Positions 1 to 10,208 of a stretch of DNA of 64,000 bases are shown in pieces. The position numbers and the translations under genes were made by a program. The stretch covers positions 877-64,876 of the forward strand of contig DKJA01000148.1 in NCBI GenBank assembly GCA_002454505.1. The letters are read 5' to 3'. Source of the stretch: Oxalobacteraceae bacterium UBA6704. GTDB taxonomy: Bacteria > Pseudomonadota > Gammaproteobacteria > Burkholderiales > Burkholderiaceae_D. Each line of letters begins with the position of its first letter. Within the stretch, counting starts at the first letter, position 1. The notes beneath the pieces were generated by a model that searched no databases, was not told where the DNA came from, and was given only the letters and a program-made list of their open reading frames with translations.

Positions 1-518
1 CCGATGACGAGCACGGGCAGCGTGCTGACGGGGATCGAGAACTGCAGCGGGCGCCACCACCGGCTGCGGTTGACGACAACGGGTCGCTGCACGCTGTTCA
101 GCCAGCGGCCGTCGGCAAGGCGCATCGCGATCGCCAGTTCGGGATCTTCGCCGTCGCGGTCGCGCCGTTGCAGCCGCACGTCGTCGCCGGTGAGGCCGAC
201 CCGTGCGCACAGCGCCGCGTGCAGCTCCATCAACTCGCCGTGCGGCGGCAGCGCGGCGATCGCGCTGTTCGGCCCCGTGCGGAAGCGCGCCGTCGCGGAG
301 TCGAGCACCTTCAGCGTGGCGTCGTCGGGATGAATCTGTGCGAGGCGGTAGATGGCGGGAATCCGGTCCAGCATCTGCCGGCGCGACAGCGCGTGGATCG
401 GTTCGCCGCCGCCGGATGTCAGCAGCAGCGCAATCAGGTGGGCCGCCAGCAGGCCGCAGAACAGCAATCCGATCAGCTGGCCCGCCATCGTGCGGGGCCA
501 GAGGCGGGGCAGCTTCAC
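1..518 (-). CDS. Sensor histidine kinase, N-terminal part (runs off the window edge)
   Basis: Hand translation from GTG at 518, which overlaps the regulator's TGA (GTGA): MKLPRLWPRTMAGQLIGLLFCGLLAAHLIALLL...LADGRWLN...RPLQFSIPVSTLPVLVI. This gives TM1, a periplasmic domain and the start of TM2. The frame is open to the edge and follows an OmpR-family regulator. Confidence 0.8.
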   Translation of the reverse strand, partial: MKLPRLWPRTMAGQLIGLLFCGLLAAHLIALLLTSGGGEPIHALSRRQMLDRIPAIYRLAQIHPDDATLKVLDSATARFRTGPNSAIAALPPHGELMELHAALCARVGLTGDDVRLQRRDRDGEDPELAIAMRLADGRWLNSVQRPVVVNRSRWWRPLQFSIPVSTLPVLVI

Positions 519-1282
519 GAAGGCGCCAGCGTGCGTTGCGCGGCCAGCGACGTGACGGCGGCCGCGAACAGGTAGCCGTTGCCCCATACGGTCTTCAGCA
601 GGCCGGGGTGACGCGGGTCCGGTTCCAGCTTCTTGCGCAGCCGGCTCACCTGGCTGTCGATGCTGCGGTCGAACGTCAGCGCGTCGCCGCTGCCGATCAG
701 GTCCAGCAGCCGGTCGCGGCTCAGCACCGTGCCGGGATGCTCGACCAGCACGCGCAGTAGCCGGTATTCGGCAGTGGACAGCGCCACCACGCGGCCGCAC
801 CGGTCCGCCAGCTCGTGCCGCTCGATGTCGAGCACCCAGTCGTCGAACGCATAGCGGCCGACGGCATCGGCGGCGGGCGGCGCCGCCTCGCTGGTCCGGC
901 GCCAGCGCCGCAGCACGGAGTGGATGCGCGCCACCAGCTCGGGCGGATCGAACGGCTTGACGATGTAGTCGTCGGCACCGCTTTCCAGTCCCGCCACCTT
1001 GTCGGCCGACGTGTGCATCGCCGTCAGCAGGATCACCGGCGTGGCGATGGTGCCGACGATGCGCCGGCACAGCGACAGGCCGTCCTCGCCCGGCATCATC
1101 ACGTCCAGCACGATCAGGTCGAAGCGGTGGCGGGCCAGCAGCGCGCCGGCTTCCCCGGCATCGGCGGCCGTCGTCACCGCCATGCCCTGGCGGGTCAGGT
1201 ACGCAGCCAGCGACTGGCGGATGTCGGGATGGTCGTCGACGACGAGGATGTGCGCTGCAGGTTGCGATGCTGGCGCCATCAT
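515..1282 (-). CDS. OmpR-family response regulator
   Basis: Receiver motifs ILVVDD, LDVMMPGEDG, GADDYIVKPF; winged-helix tail DRSIDSQVSRLRKKLE...KTVWGNGY. Confidence 0.95.
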   Translation of the reverse strand: MMAPASQPAAHILVVDDHPDIRQSLAAYLTRQGMAVTTAADAGEAGALLARHRFDLIVLDVMMPGEDGLSLCRRIVGTIATPVILLTAMHTSADKVAGLESGADDYIVKPFDPPELVARIHSVLRRWRRTSEAAPPAADAVGRYAFDDWVLDIERHELADRCGRVVALSTAEYRLLRVLVEHPGTVLSRDRLLDLIGSGDALTFDRSIDSQVSRLRKKLEPDPRHPGLLKTVWGNGYLFAAAVTSLAAQRTLAPS

Positions 1283-1304
1283 TTGAGGATGATTCTCATT
1301 TGCA
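1281..1304. promoter_or_regulatory. Fur box-like site directly upstream of the response regulator
   Basis: Minus strand reads TGCAAATGAGAATCATCCTCAAAT, nearly the same as the site at 5963-5987 and similar to the Fur consensus. Confidence 0.75.
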
Positions 1305-1339
1305 TTTGATAGGCATTGTACCGTGACCCTCCCGCAGGC

Positions 1340-1672
1340 TCAAGCGATGGCCAGCCACGCCAGGCCGGCCACCAGCGCGGCGACCGGCACGGACCACATG
1401 ACGGAGCGGGGCGCATAAGTGAATTGCAGGCCCAGACCCAGCGCGGCAAACGTCAGCACGCCCAGCCAGCCGAGGATGCCCACCGAGATGCCCCAGGCGA
1501 AGACGGCCGGCGCCAGCGCCACCGCCAGCAGGCTCCAGCCGCCCAGCCGGTAAGCGAGGCTGGCGTTCGGCGGCATCTCGCGGCCGGTCACCTGGCCCTG
1601 GTGGCGGGACATCGACATCGATACGGCAGCCATGGCCACGTACGACAGCGCCAGCACGATCAGCACGGTCAT
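1340..1672 (-). CDS. DUF3325-like small membrane protein of iron-uptake operons
   Basis: ATG at 1672 overlaps the PepSY stop (ATGA). 110 aa, hydrophobic, MTVLIVLALSY...SMSRH...WGISVGILGWLG. Typical position after a PepSY-TM gene. Confidence 0.8.
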   Translation of the reverse strand: MTVLIVLALSYVAMAAVSMSMSRHQGQVTGREMPPNASLAYRLGGWSLLAVALAPAVFAWGISVGILGWLGVLTFAALGLGLQFTYAPRSVMWSVPVAALVAGLAWLAIA

Positions 1673-3315
1673 GGCAGCACCTCCACCGGCGCGGCGGCGG
1701 GCGCCCTGGCTTTGTGTTCGGCGCGGTCCTTCTGCACCATGCGCTTCGCGATGACGAAGAAGATCGCGGCGATCGCCAGCATGGCCAGGTCGAAGCCGGC
1801 AATCGCCGTCTGGCCCAGCCGGATGGCGGTGAACAGGCCGTGGCCGCCCGTCATCGGATTGAGCAGCGGCAGCAGTGCGAACAGGATCGCCACCGCGATG
1901 CTCTGTTCCTTCCACGCCGCGCGTGCCGGCCGCAGGGCCGCGTGCACAAGCGTCAGCAGCCATGCGATGAAGAAGCCGTTGATTTCCCAGTCGCCGCGGC
2001 CCGCCAGGTCGGCCGGCAGCAGGCGGTTGAGCCAGAAGTAAGCGGCCGTGGCAAACGCGATGCCGGCGATGGCGGCCGTGTTGGTCGCCTCCACCAGACG
2101 GTGGCCGAACGGCGTGCGGCCCAGCTTGCGCCGTTCCGGCAGCCGCTTGACGACCCACAGCACGAGCCCCGTGCCGACCATCGCGGTACCGGCCACGCCG
2201 GACAGGAACAGCAGCCAGCGCACCGCCGGTCCGGCAAAGCGGCCCATATGGGCGCTGGCGAACACGTTGTTGACGGCGCTCGCTGCTGACGGTTCTGCCG
2301 CCGGCGGCGTTTCCTTCAGCTTGCCGCTGGCGGCATCGAACAGCAGGCTGTCGGTGCGGCCGCGGGTGGCCAGGCTGTCGCTGCCCAGCGCGCGCAGTTC
2401 GACCGTCGCGCCCCGCTGGTTAGGCTTGTTGACGGTGATGCGGGCCACCTGGCGATCCGGCCACTGCGCCTGCGCGGTTGCCAGCATCGGCACGATCGCT
2501 GCGGTGAGGTCCACCTGTTCAGCCTTGCCGCGACCTTCTTCACGCCCGCCGCGGGCTTCTCGCTGGCCCTGGGCCGGCGCCATGCCGCGTCGCTCCATAT
2601 TGTAGGCTTGCGTGTTGCCGTCGTAAGCCACGTTGGCGCCCCACGGCATCAGCGTCGCCACAAGCAGCAGCAGGCCGGAGAACGTGATCATCACGTGGAA
2701 CGGCAGTGCCAGCACGGCCGTCGCATTGTGCGCGTCGAGCCACGAACGCTGGCCCTTCTTCGGCCGGAAGGTGAAGAACTCGGTAAAAATCTTCTTGTGC
2801 GTGATGACGCCGCTGACGATCGCCGCGAACATGAACATCGTGGCGATGCCGACGATCCACCGGCCCACCGCGCGCGGCAGCGCATGCAGCTCGAAATGAA
2901 AGCGGTACAGGAAGTTCCCGCCGCGGGTTTCGCGCACGTCGATCTTGTCGCCGGTGGCCGCATCGAGTTCGGCGCGCTTCAGTCCGGCGCGGCCTTGCTG
3001 CTGCTGGCCTTTCTCGCGCCAGGTGGCGGACACGGAAGTCTGCCGCTCGTTCGGCAGGTCCAGGTTCCACACCGTTGCTTCCGGCGCGAGCTTCTGCATG
3101 GCGGCCAGCGCCACCTGCGCCGTGGCCGCGGGCGTGGCGGCCGGTACGGAAGCATGCAGCTCGGGCTTCATCCACAGGTTCACTTCGTCGAGGAAGTAAC
3201 TGAGCGTGCCCGTGAAGAACACGGCATACAGCAGCCAGCCCAGCACGATGCCGGTCCACGTGTGCAGCCACGACATCGACTGCCGGATGCCTTCCGGCTT
3301 GCCGTCGGGCCTCAT
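1669..3315 (-). CDS. PepSY-associated TM helix protein (putative ferrisiderophore reductase)
   Basis: Motifs RQSMSWLHTWTG, FLYRFHFELH, WLDAHN, SAHMGRFAG. Start reassigned to ATG 3315, which overlaps the upstream stop. Confidence 0.9.
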   Translation of the reverse strand: MRPDGKPEGIRQSMSWLHTWTGIVLGWLLYAVFFTGTLSYFLDEVNLWMKPELHASVPAATPAATAQVALAAMQKLAPEATVWNLDLPNERQTSVSATWREKGQQQQGRAGLKRAELDAATGDKIDVRETRGGNFLYRFHFELHALPRAVGRWIVGIATMFMFAAIVSGVITHKKIFTEFFTFRPKKGQRSWLDAHNATAVLALPFHVMITFSGLLLLVATLMPWGANVAYDGNTQAYNMERRGMAPAQGQREARGGREEGRGKAEQVDLTAAIVPMLATAQAQWPDRQVARITVNKPNQRGATVELRALGSDSLATRGRTDSLLFDAASGKLKETPPAAEPSAASAVNNVFASAHMGRFAGPAVRWLLFLSGVAGTAMVGTGLVLWVVKRLPERRKLGRTPFGHRLVEATNTAAIAGIAFATAAYFWLNRLLPADLAGRGDWEINGFFIAWLLTLVHAALRPARAAWKEQSIAVAILFALLPLLNPMTGGHGLFTAIRLGQTAIAGFDLAMLAIAAIFFVIAKRMVQKDRAEHKARAPAAAPVEVLP

Positions 3316-3614
3316 GCCGCGGCTCCGGCCAGCCAGGCGCCCAGCGCCAGCAGCGCGGTCGGGATCAGGATGCCGGCCCATGCGCGGCGCATGCTTGTGA
3401 CGGCGAACACCCAGATCACCGCGCAGACCTGCACGACGAACGACAGGATGCCGGCGGTGGTGACGGCATCCATGCGCGCCATGCCGAAGCGCTGCAGCCA
3501 CAGGCTCATGCAGATCGCCCAGGCGGCGGCCAGCGCATAGCCGCCGAACAGCGCGGCGATGCTGCGCGATGCCACGGCCCAGCGGTAACGGGCGAGGGAA
3601 AGAGTCTTGTCCAT
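3312..3614 (-). CDS. DUF3649-like small membrane protein
   Basis: VASRSIAALFGGYALAAA...AVIWVFAV...RAWAG; three TM segments; sits between a TonB-dependent receptor and PepSY. Confidence 0.8.
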   Translation of the reverse strand: MDKTLSLARYRWAVASRSIAALFGGYALAAAWAICMSLWLQRFGMARMDAVTTAGILSFVVQVCAVIWVFAVTSMRRAWAGILIPTALLALGAWLAGAAA

Positions 3615-3641
3615 CGGACGTGTCCTTCAAATCAAAAACGG

Positions 3642-3676
3642 AAAAAGCGCAGCCGCGGGCCATGGCCCGGCTGCGC
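3642..3676 (-). terminator. Intrinsic terminator-like hairpin after the receptor gene
   Basis: GCGCAGCC...GGCTGCGC stem followed on the minus strand by TTTTT. Confidence 0.55.
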
Positions 3677-3688
3677 CCCTTGATAACG

Positions 3689-5914
3689 TCAGAACGTTGA
3701 CGTCAGGCTGACGAACAGCGAACGGCCCGCTTCGTTGTACGTCGCGGCGCCGGCCGACGAGCCGGTGCTTTCGCGGAACTTGCGCTCGTCGAACAGGTTG
3801 TTGATGCCGGCCCGCACGCGCAGCTTCGGCGTGAACGCATAGCCCACGTTGACACCCCACACGCTGTACGGGCTGATCGCGTTCAGCGCGTCGCCCGTCG
3901 CGGCGGCACCCTGCGTGGTCAGGCGGCGCGGCTCCTGCTTGCCGTACCACGAACCCGTGCCGACGAACGACAGCCTGTCGTTGAACTGCCAGTCCAGCGT
4001 CGTGTTCAGCGTGTATTCGGGGATCACGGACAGTGGCTCGCCCGTTGTCTTGTTCTCGTTCTCGATCATGTAGGTGACGTTGTTGGTCCACTTCACGTTA
4101 CGGCCGAACGGCAGCGTCACGTTGCCCTCGACACCCTGCACGATGGCCTTCGGCGAGTTCTCCCACTGGAACAGGCGGCCGTTGGCCGACGTGTTGCCGA
4201 GCAGCGTGTCCATGCCACCGGTGATCTTGTTCTTGTAGTCGTTGTGGAAGTACGTCAGGCTGGCCGCGTAACCCTGGTCGCTGTAGCCGACACCGATCTC
4301 CTTGTTGACCGAGGTTTCCGGATCGAGGTTCTCGTTGCCGCGCACGTAGCAGCCGCCGCCCAGGTTCGGGTTGTTGACGGGGCAGCCGTTGCCGCGCGTG
4401 TAGTACAGGTAGTTCGGATTCGACTGGTACAGGTTCGGCGCCTTGAACGCGCGGGCGATGCCGCCCTTGATCGTGATGGTCGGCGTCAGCGCATACGATG
4501 CGTTCAGGCTCGGGCTCCAGTTGGTGCCGAACTGGCTGTGCTTGTCGAAGCGCAGGCCGGGCGTCAGGACCGTCTGCGCCGTCACGCCGATGTTATCCTC
4601 GATGAACAGCGCGTAGGTTTCCGCGCTGGCCTTGCCGTCGCGGCTCGTCGCCGGCAGGCCGGGGATCGCGGTGGCTGTCTGCGTCATCGAATACGGGTCG
4701 TCCAGCTTTTCCTGGCGCGCTTCGAAGCCCATCGTCATCATCTGCGACACGCCGCCCAGCTTCATCGGCACGCTGACTTCGCCGGTCAGGCCATAGTTCT
4801 TCAGGTCGGAAGTGGAGCGCTCGGTGGCCGAGTTGATGCTGCCTTCCGGGCCGCCGGCCAGGCCTTCGTTCATGCGCGTGTTGTCGGTGTTCTCGTAGGT
4901 CAGCGCCAGCTTCGACGTGCCGAGGTCCCACTTGCCGCGGTGCGTCAGCGACGCGGAGCGGCGGATCATCACATTGGTTTCCGCGTTGGCGTTGGCCAGT
5001 TCGCCCAGCAGCGGCGAGCCGGCCGAGTTCACCGCGCGGTCGCCCGCGTAGATATTGCCCTGGCGGCTGAAGCCCGATTCCAGTTCCAGCACCTGGCCGT
5101 CGGCGACGTCCCAGCGCAGCAGGCCGCCGATGTCGCGGTTGCGCACGCCTTCGCGGCCGGCCGGCGGGATCGCGCCGTCGGCCGTGTTTTCCGGCGTGGC
5201 GTTCAATGCCAGTTCGTCCGCTTCCGTCTTGTTTACATTGCCGAACACGCGGAACGAGAATTTGCCGGCCAGCGGGCCGGCGAGGTTGAAGCCGAGTCGT
5301 TTCGACGCGCCTTCCTCACCGTGTTCCGGCGCCAGCGCGTAGGCCGTGACGGAGCCGGACAGCTTGTCCGTCGGCGCCTTGGTGATGATGTTGATCACGC
5401 CCCCCGCCGCGCCGGAACCGTAGCGCGCCGCGGCCGGGCCGCGCAGCACTTCGATGCGTTCCACCAGTTCGGCCGGCACCCAGTTCGTGTCGCCGCGCGT
5501 ATTGCGTTCGCCGCTGCGGCCCATGCGCACCGAGTTGCGCGACATGACGGGCTTGCCGTCGACGAGGATCAGCGTGTTTTCCGGCCCCATGCCGCGCAGG
5601 TCGATCTGGCGGTTGTTGCCGTACTGGCCCGTGGAGCTGTTGCCCGACAGGCTCACGCCCGGCATCGTGCGGATGATCTCGGACAGGTCGTTGGCCGGCG
5701 GGCGCGCTTCGATATCCGCGGCGGTGATCGTGGACACGCCGGGCGCCTGCTTCAGCTCTTCCTCGGCGGTGGCGGTCACCTGCACTTCGGCCATCTGCTG
5801 CTCGGTGGCGACGGACTGCTGGGCGGCGGCGGGCGCGGCGAAGGCAAACAGCGCGACGCAGATCGCGGCGGCCATGGGGGTGGGTTGCAGGAGAGCGGTG
5901 GTGCGGTTCGTCAT
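3689..5914 (-). CDS. TonB-dependent siderophore receptor, FepA/PirA/PfeA (catecholate) type
   Basis: Signal peptide; plug motifs GNNRQIDLRGMGPENTLILVDG and RGDTNWVPAELVERIEVLRGPAAARYGSGAAGGVINIIT, characteristic of the FepA family; C-terminal Phe. Confidence 0.93.
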   Translation of the reverse strand: MTNRTTALLQPTPMAAAICVALFAFAAPAAAQQSVATEQQMAEVQVTATAEEELKQAPGVSTITAADIEARPPANDLSEIIRTMPGVSLSGNSSTGQYGNNRQIDLRGMGPENTLILVDGKPVMSRNSVRMGRSGERNTRGDTNWVPAELVERIEVLRGPAAARYGSGAAGGVINIITKAPTDKLSGSVTAYALAPEHGEEGASKRLGFNLAGPLAGKFSFRVFGNVNKTEADELALNATPENTADGAIPPAGREGVRNRDIGGLLRWDVADGQVLELESGFSRQGNIYAGDRAVNSAGSPLLGELANANAETNVMIRRSASLTHRGKWDLGTSKLALTYENTDNTRMNEGLAGGPEGSINSATERSTSDLKNYGLTGEVSVPMKLGGVSQMMTMGFEARQEKLDDPYSMTQTATAIPGLPATSRDGKASAETYALFIEDNIGVTAQTVLTPGLRFDKHSQFGTNWSPSLNASYALTPTITIKGGIARAFKAPNLYQSNPNYLYYTRGNGCPVNNPNLGGGCYVRGNENLDPETSVNKEIGVGYSDQGYAASLTYFHNDYKNKITGGMDTLLGNTSANGRLFQWENSPKAIVQGVEGNVTLPFGRNVKWTNNVTYMIENENKTTGEPLSVIPEYTLNTTLDWQFNDRLSFVGTGSWYGKQEPRRLTTQGAAATGDALNAISPYSVWGVNVGYAFTPKLRVRAGINNLFDERKFRESTGSSAGAATYNEAGRSLFVSLTSTF

Positions 5915-5962
5915 TGTTGTTGGTCCCGTAGTTGTGGCTTTTTCCCTGACGTCACGTCAGAT

Positions 5963-5987
5963 GCAAATGAGAATGATACTCATTTGC
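5963..5987. promoter_or_regulatory. Fur box
   Basis: GCAAATGAG-AATGATA-CTCATTTGC palindrome about 50 bp upstream of the receptor start. Confidence 0.85.
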
Positions 5988-6049
5988 CTGTCGAAAAGTT
6001 TGTCAAAGTGTGGCGACGGCCAGGCCCGTTTCTTGTGGCTGTGTCCTCC

Positions 6050-6105
6050 GAGGTTGTGGAAAGCCCCGGCGGTGCAGAGCGGCAAAGCGGGCTTTCAACA
6101 ATCCC
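6050..6105. repeat. 56-bp inverted repeat element (possible miniature IS-end remnant)
   Basis: GAGGTTGTGGAAAGCCC ... GGGCTTTCAACAATCCC imperfect terminal inverted repeats. Confidence 0.45.
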
Positions 6106-6125
6106 GGATGACAGAGCCTTTCTTG

Positions 6126-6154
6126 TTGACTTCACAAAACCACCTGATTACACT
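6126..6154 (+). promoter_or_regulatory. Sigma70-type promoter
   Basis: TTGACT-N17-TACACT; predicted +1 near 6161. Confidence 0.75.
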
Positions 6155-6160
6155 TGCCTT

Positions 6161-6174
6161 TGATAGCGCTATCA
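6161..6174. promoter_or_regulatory. LacI-family (GntR) operator
   Basis: Perfect palindrome TGATAGCGCTATCA with a central CG at the predicted +1; identical copy at 10733-10746. Confidence 0.85.
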
Positions 6175-6205
6175 GAAGCGATAAAAAAACCAACAGGAGA
6201 CAACC

Positions 6206-6259
6206 ATGCAATCATTCCCGGTTCCACCTTCCCGCGCCCCCGCACATCCGGTCGAGTAG
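6206..6259 (+). CDS. Putative 17-aa leader peptide MQSFPVPPSRAPAHPVE
   Basis: A-rich leader and strong RBS (AACAGGAGACAACC) precede the ATG; TAG at 6257-6259; a terminator-like hairpin follows directly. Confidence 0.45.
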   Translation: MQSFPVPPSRAPAHPVE

Positions 6260-6265
6260 TCCGAT

Positions 6266-6302
6266 GGGCGGGCCGGTTGCTCACTTTCCCCGGCCCGTTT
6301 TT
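6266..6302 (+). terminator. Terminator-like hairpin in the leader of the MFS gene
   Basis: GGGCGGGCCGG ... CCGGCCCGTTTTT. Confidence 0.55.
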
Positions 6303-6355
6303 GCTGTGCGGGCAGGCCGCGTGGCTTGCCCGTGCAGGCTTTTTGAAGGAGCAGC

Positions 6356-7705
6356 GTGAACGTCCTCACCTGGCGCGAGAAAATCAGTTACGGCATCGCC
6401 GACATGGGGTTCAATTTTTACTGGACCAATATCGCCACGTTCCTGCTGATCTTCTATACGGACACCTTCGGCATCTCGGCCGCGGCGGCGGCATCGATGA
6501 TGTTTGCCGTCAAACTGATCAACGCGTTCACCGATCCCCTGATCGGCGCCGTGGCCGACCGCACCACCACGCGCTTCGGCAAGTTCCGCCCCTATCTCGT
6601 GTGGATGGCGATCCCGCTGGGCCTTGCCGCCGTGCTCACGTACACGACGCCCGACCTCGACCACGACGGCAAGCTGGCCTGGGCCTACGGCACCTACCTG
6701 CTGATGATGGTGTGCTACACGGGCGTCAACATCCCCTATAACGCGCTGTCCGGCGTGCTGACGCCGGACCCGCAGCAGCGCTCGACCGTCAACGGCCTGC
6801 GCTTCATCTTTGCCTTTGCCGGCAGTACGCTCGTCACCGCCGCCACGCCATCGATGGTGCTGCTGCTCGGTGGCGGCAACGAGAAGCTGGGCTGGCAGCT
6901 GACGATGGCCGCCTGGGCGGTGGCTGCATCGGTCATGTTCGCCGTGACCTTCTTCAACACGCGCGAGCGCATCGCCCCGCCGCCGCAGCAGAAGACCAAT
7001 GTGCTGCAGGACGTGCGCGACCTGACGCGCAACGGCCCCTGGCTGGTGCTGTTCTTCCTGGCGCTGATCATCATGGTGACGATCACGCTGCGCACCACCA
7101 CGGCCGCCTACTACTTCAAGTACTACGTGGGCCGGCCGGAACTGATGGCCGCCTTCGTGCCTGCTTACATGATGGCCGCCGCATTCGGCGCCGCCGCCAC
7201 GCCACTGCTGACGCGCTTCGTCGACAAGAAGAAGCTGATGATCATCTTGATGAGCGCCACCGCCGTGCTGTCGGCCGCGTTCTTCGCGATCCCGCCGGAC
7301 CAGGTGGGACTGATGTTCGCGCTGCAGGTCGGCCTGGGCCTCGTGCTGGGGCCGAAGTCGCCGCTGGCGTTCTCGATGTATGCCGACACGGCCGACTACA
7401 ACGAATGGCGCACGGGCCGGCGCGCCACGGCGATGACGTTTGCCGCCGCCACGTTTTCGCAGAAGCTGGGCACGGCGCTGGCGGTGGCCGTCATCGGCGC
7501 GCTGTTCACGGCGCTGGGCTACGTGCCGAACGCCACGCAGAACGCGGGATCGACGGCCGCCATCGTGTGGCTGATGTCGCTGATCCCCGCCGCCTTCGCG
7601 CTGCTGGCGGTGGCCGTGATGTGCTGCTACCGGCTCGACGCACCCGCGCTGGCCACGATCCAGACCGAACTCGCCGCCCGCAAGGCGGCACCATCCCCTG
7701 CCTGA
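6356..7705 (+). CDS. MFS sugar:cation symporter, GPH (MelB/XynT-like) family; candidate cellobionate importer
   Basis: [56 protein letters not shown]; 12-TM pattern; RBS GAAGGAG before GTG. Confidence 0.9.
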   Translation: MNVLTWREKISYGIADMGFNFYWTNIATFLLIFYTDTFGISAAAAASMMFAVKLINAFTDPLIGAVADRTTTRFGKFRPYLVWMAIPLGLAAVLTYTTPDLDHDGKLAWAYGTYLLMMVCYTGVNIPYNALSGVLTPDPQQRSTVNGLRFIFAFAGSTLVTAATPSMVLLLGGGNEKLGWQLTMAAWAVAASVMFAVTFFNTRERIAPPPQQKTNVLQDVRDLTRNGPWLVLFFLALIIMVTITLRTTTAAYYFKYYVGRPELMAAFVPAYMMAAAFGAAATPLLTRFVDKKKLMIILMSATAVLSAAFFAIPPDQVGLMFALQVGLGLVLGPKSPLAFSMYADTADYNEWRTGRRATAMTFAAATFSQKLGTALAVAVIGALFTALGYVPNATQNAGSTAAIVWLMSLIPAAFALLAVAVMCCYRLDAPALATIQTELAARKAAPSPA

Positions 7706-7709
7706 CGGA

Positions 7710-10082
7710 GTGACCATGCCATCCCCGATCCTGCGGCCGGCCGACGGCGGCCAGCGCTACCAACTGCTGTCTCCCACGGCCATGCCGCGTGCCGCCGGCT
7801 TCCTGTGGAACCGCAAGATGATGATCCAGATGACGTGCCGCGGCTACGCCGTGGCGCAGTTCATGCAGCCCGAGCCCGCGAAGTATGCGCACGCGCCGAA
7901 CCTGGAAGCAAAGTCGTTCATGCAGCCGGAGCAGGGCTATTACGCCCACCACCCGGGCCGCTTCTTCTACATCAAGGACGAGGAGACGGGCGAGCTGTTC
8001 TCCGCGCCGTACGAACCGGTGCGCGCGGCGGCCGATTCGTTCGTGTTCTCGGCCGGGAAAAGTTCTCTGGCATGGACCATCGAGCACCTAGCACTGCGCA
8101 TCGAACTGGAACTGGGCCTGCCGGTGGACGACGTGGCGGAGCTGTGGTCGCTGAAGGTGACCAACCTTGCGGCGCGCGCGCGCAGGCTGTCCGTCTACCC
8201 TTACTTCACGATCGGCTACATGAGCTGGATGAACCAGTCGGCCGAGTACCGCGCCGATTTGCAGGGCATCGTGGCATCGTCCGTGGCGCCTTACCAGAAG
8301 GTGGCCGATTACTTCAAGCAGAAGGACTTCAAGGACAAGACCTTCCTGCTGTGCGAGCGCGCGCCCGATGCGTGGGAAGCGGCGCAGGAAGCGTTCGAAG
8401 GCGAGGGCGGGCTGCATGCGCCGTCTGCCGTGCAGCAGGAACAGCTGGCCGGCGGCGACGCCCGTTACGAAACGCCGGTGGCCGCGGTGCAGTATCGCGT
8501 GACGCTGGCCGCCGGCGCGAGCGAACACTATCGCTTCCTGTTCGGGCCCGCGTTCGACGATGCGGAAATCGCGGCGCTGCGCGACAAGTATTTGCATGAG
8601 CAGGGCTTCGCGGCCGCGCGCGCTGACTACGCCGATTACATCGCGGCGGGCGCCGGCTGCGTGACGATCGAGACGCCCGATGCGGAACTGGACAACTTCG
8701 TCAACCACTGGCTGCCGCGCCAGGTCTACTACCACGGCGGCTCGAACCGGCTGACGACGGACCCGCAGACGCGCAACTACCTGCAGGACAATATGGGCAT
8801 GGCCTTCGTCCACCCGCCCACGGCGCGCGGCGCCTTCCTGCACGCGCTGTCGCAGCAGGAAAGCACGGGCGCGATGCCGGACGGGATCCTGCTGATCGCC
8901 GGCGCCGAACTGAAATACATCAACCAGGTGCCGCATACGGACCACTGCGTGTGGCTGCCTGTGTGCCTGAAGGCTTACCTGGACGAGACTGCCGACTGGG
9001 CGCTGCTCGACGAACCGGTCGCCGACCACGCGGGCACGGTGCTGACGGTGGCGCAGCGCATCGGCCGCGCGATGGACTGGCTGCTGCAGGAGCGCGATGC
9101 GCGCGGGCTGTCGTACATCGCGCAGGGCGACTGGTGCGATCCGATGAACATGGTGGGCTACAAGGGCCGGGGTGTGTCGGGCTGGCTGACGGTGGCCGCC
9201 GCGTACGCGCTGAACCTGTGGGCGGACATGTGTGCGCAGCACGGCGACGCGGCCGGCGCCGGATACTTCCGCGCGGGTGCGCAGGCGATGAACGCCGCGG
9301 CCAACGAACACCTGTGGGACGGCCGCTGGTTCGCCCGCGGCATCACGGACGACGACGTGGTCTTCGGCGTGGCCGATGACAGGGAAGGGCGCATCTGGCT
9401 CAATCCGCAGGCGTGGTCGATGCTGTCCGGCGCGGCCGATGAAGCGCAACGCGCGTCGATGATCGCCGAAGTGGAACAGCAGCTGCACACGCCGTATGGC
9501 GTGCAGATGTTCGCGCCGCCGTACTCGAAGATGCGCGACGACGTGGGCCGTGTCACGCAGAAGCACCCCGGCTCGGCGGAAAACGGTGCCGTGTACAACC
9601 ACGCCGCCGCGTTCTACATCTACAGCTTGTACACGGTGGCCGATAGCGAACGTGCGTATGACCTGATGCGCAAGATGATTCCGGGCCCGGACGAAGCGGA
9701 CTACCTGCAGCGCGGCCAGCTGCCCGTGTTCATCCCCAACTACTACCGCGGCGCGTGGCGCGAATACCCGCGCAGGGCCGGCCGCTCGAGCCACCTGTTC
9801 AACACGGGCACGGTGTCGTGGATCTACCGCTGCGTGATCGAAGGTTTATGCGGCCTGGTCGGCGATGCCGACGGGCTGCGCGTCGTCCCGCAACTGCCGC
9901 AGGCATGGCCCGGCCTGCGCGCCACCCGCCAGTTCCGCGGCGCGACATTCGACGTCACCATCCGCCGCGGCCCCGTCGCCGCAACCGAGGTGCGCTGCGA
10001 CGGCACGCTGCTGCCTGAACCGCACGTCACCGGCATCGTGGCCGGGCGCACCTACCTGCTCGAAGTGACCATCCCCGCCTGA
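7710..10082 (+). CDS. GH94 glycoside phosphorylase, cellobionic acid phosphorylase type (often mislabelled NdvB)
   Basis: The N-terminus [71 protein letters not shown] matches my recollection of characterised cellobionate phosphorylases. GH94 motifs GDWCD and ENGAVYNH are present. Linked to gntK and gntR. Confidence 0.88.
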   Translation: MTMPSPILRPADGGQRYQLLSPTAMPRAAGFLWNRKMMIQMTCRGYAVAQFMQPEPAKYAHAPNLEAKSFMQPEQGYYAHHPGRFFYIKDEETGELFSAPYEPVRAAADSFVFSAGKSSLAWTIEHLALRIELELGLPVDDVAELWSLKVTNLAARARRLSVYPYFTIGYMSWMNQSAEYRADLQGIVASSVAPYQKVADYFKQKDFKDKTFLLCERAPDAWEAAQEAFEGEGGLHAPSAVQQEQLAGGDARYETPVAAVQYRVTLAAGASEHYRFLFGPAFDDAEIAALRDKYLHEQGFAAARADYADYIAAGAGCVTIETPDAELDNFVNHWLPRQVYYHGGSNRLTTDPQTRNYLQDNMGMAFVHPPTARGAFLHALSQQESTGAMPDGILLIAGAELKYINQVPHTDHCVWLPVCLKAYLDETADWALLDEPVADHAGTVLTVAQRIGRAMDWLLQERDARGLSYIAQGDWCDPMNMVGYKGRGVSGWLTVAAAYALNLWADMCAQHGDAAGAGYFRAGAQAMNAAANEHLWDGRWFARGITDDDVVFGVADDREGRIWLNPQAWSMLSGAADEAQRASMIAEVEQQLHTPYGVQMFAPPYSKMRDDVGRVTQKHPGSAENGAVYNHAAAFYIYSLYTVADSERAYDLMRKMIPGPDEADYLQRGQLPVFIPNYYRGAWREYPRRAGRSSHLFNTGTVSWIYRCVIEGLCGLVGDADGLRVVPQLPQAWPGLRATRQFRGATFDVTIRRGPVAATEVRCDGTLLPEPHVTGIVAGRTYLLEVTIPA

Positions 10083-10099
10083 GCTGCTACGGCCGAGGC

Positions 10100-10199
10100 C
10101 GTGTCCACCTTGGTGTCAGACACCGACGTAGACACGAACTCGAGCGTAACTGCTGTTGAGCCCGTGTCCATGTCGGTGTCTGACACCAGGGTGGACACG
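10100..10199. repeat. REP/REPIN-like inverted doublet (family A, core GGTGTC-A-GACACC)
   Basis: Two 37-bp self-palindromic units in inverted orientation (10100-10136, 10163-10199) between convergent genes. Confidence 0.8.
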
Positions 10200-10208
10200 A
10201 GCTGAGCC

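Noticed and set aside
7710..10082. NdvB cyclic beta-1,2-glucan synthase assignment
   Set aside because: At 790 aa it has only the GH94 part and no glycosyltransferase or TM region; the gntK/gntR context favours cellobionate phosphorylase.
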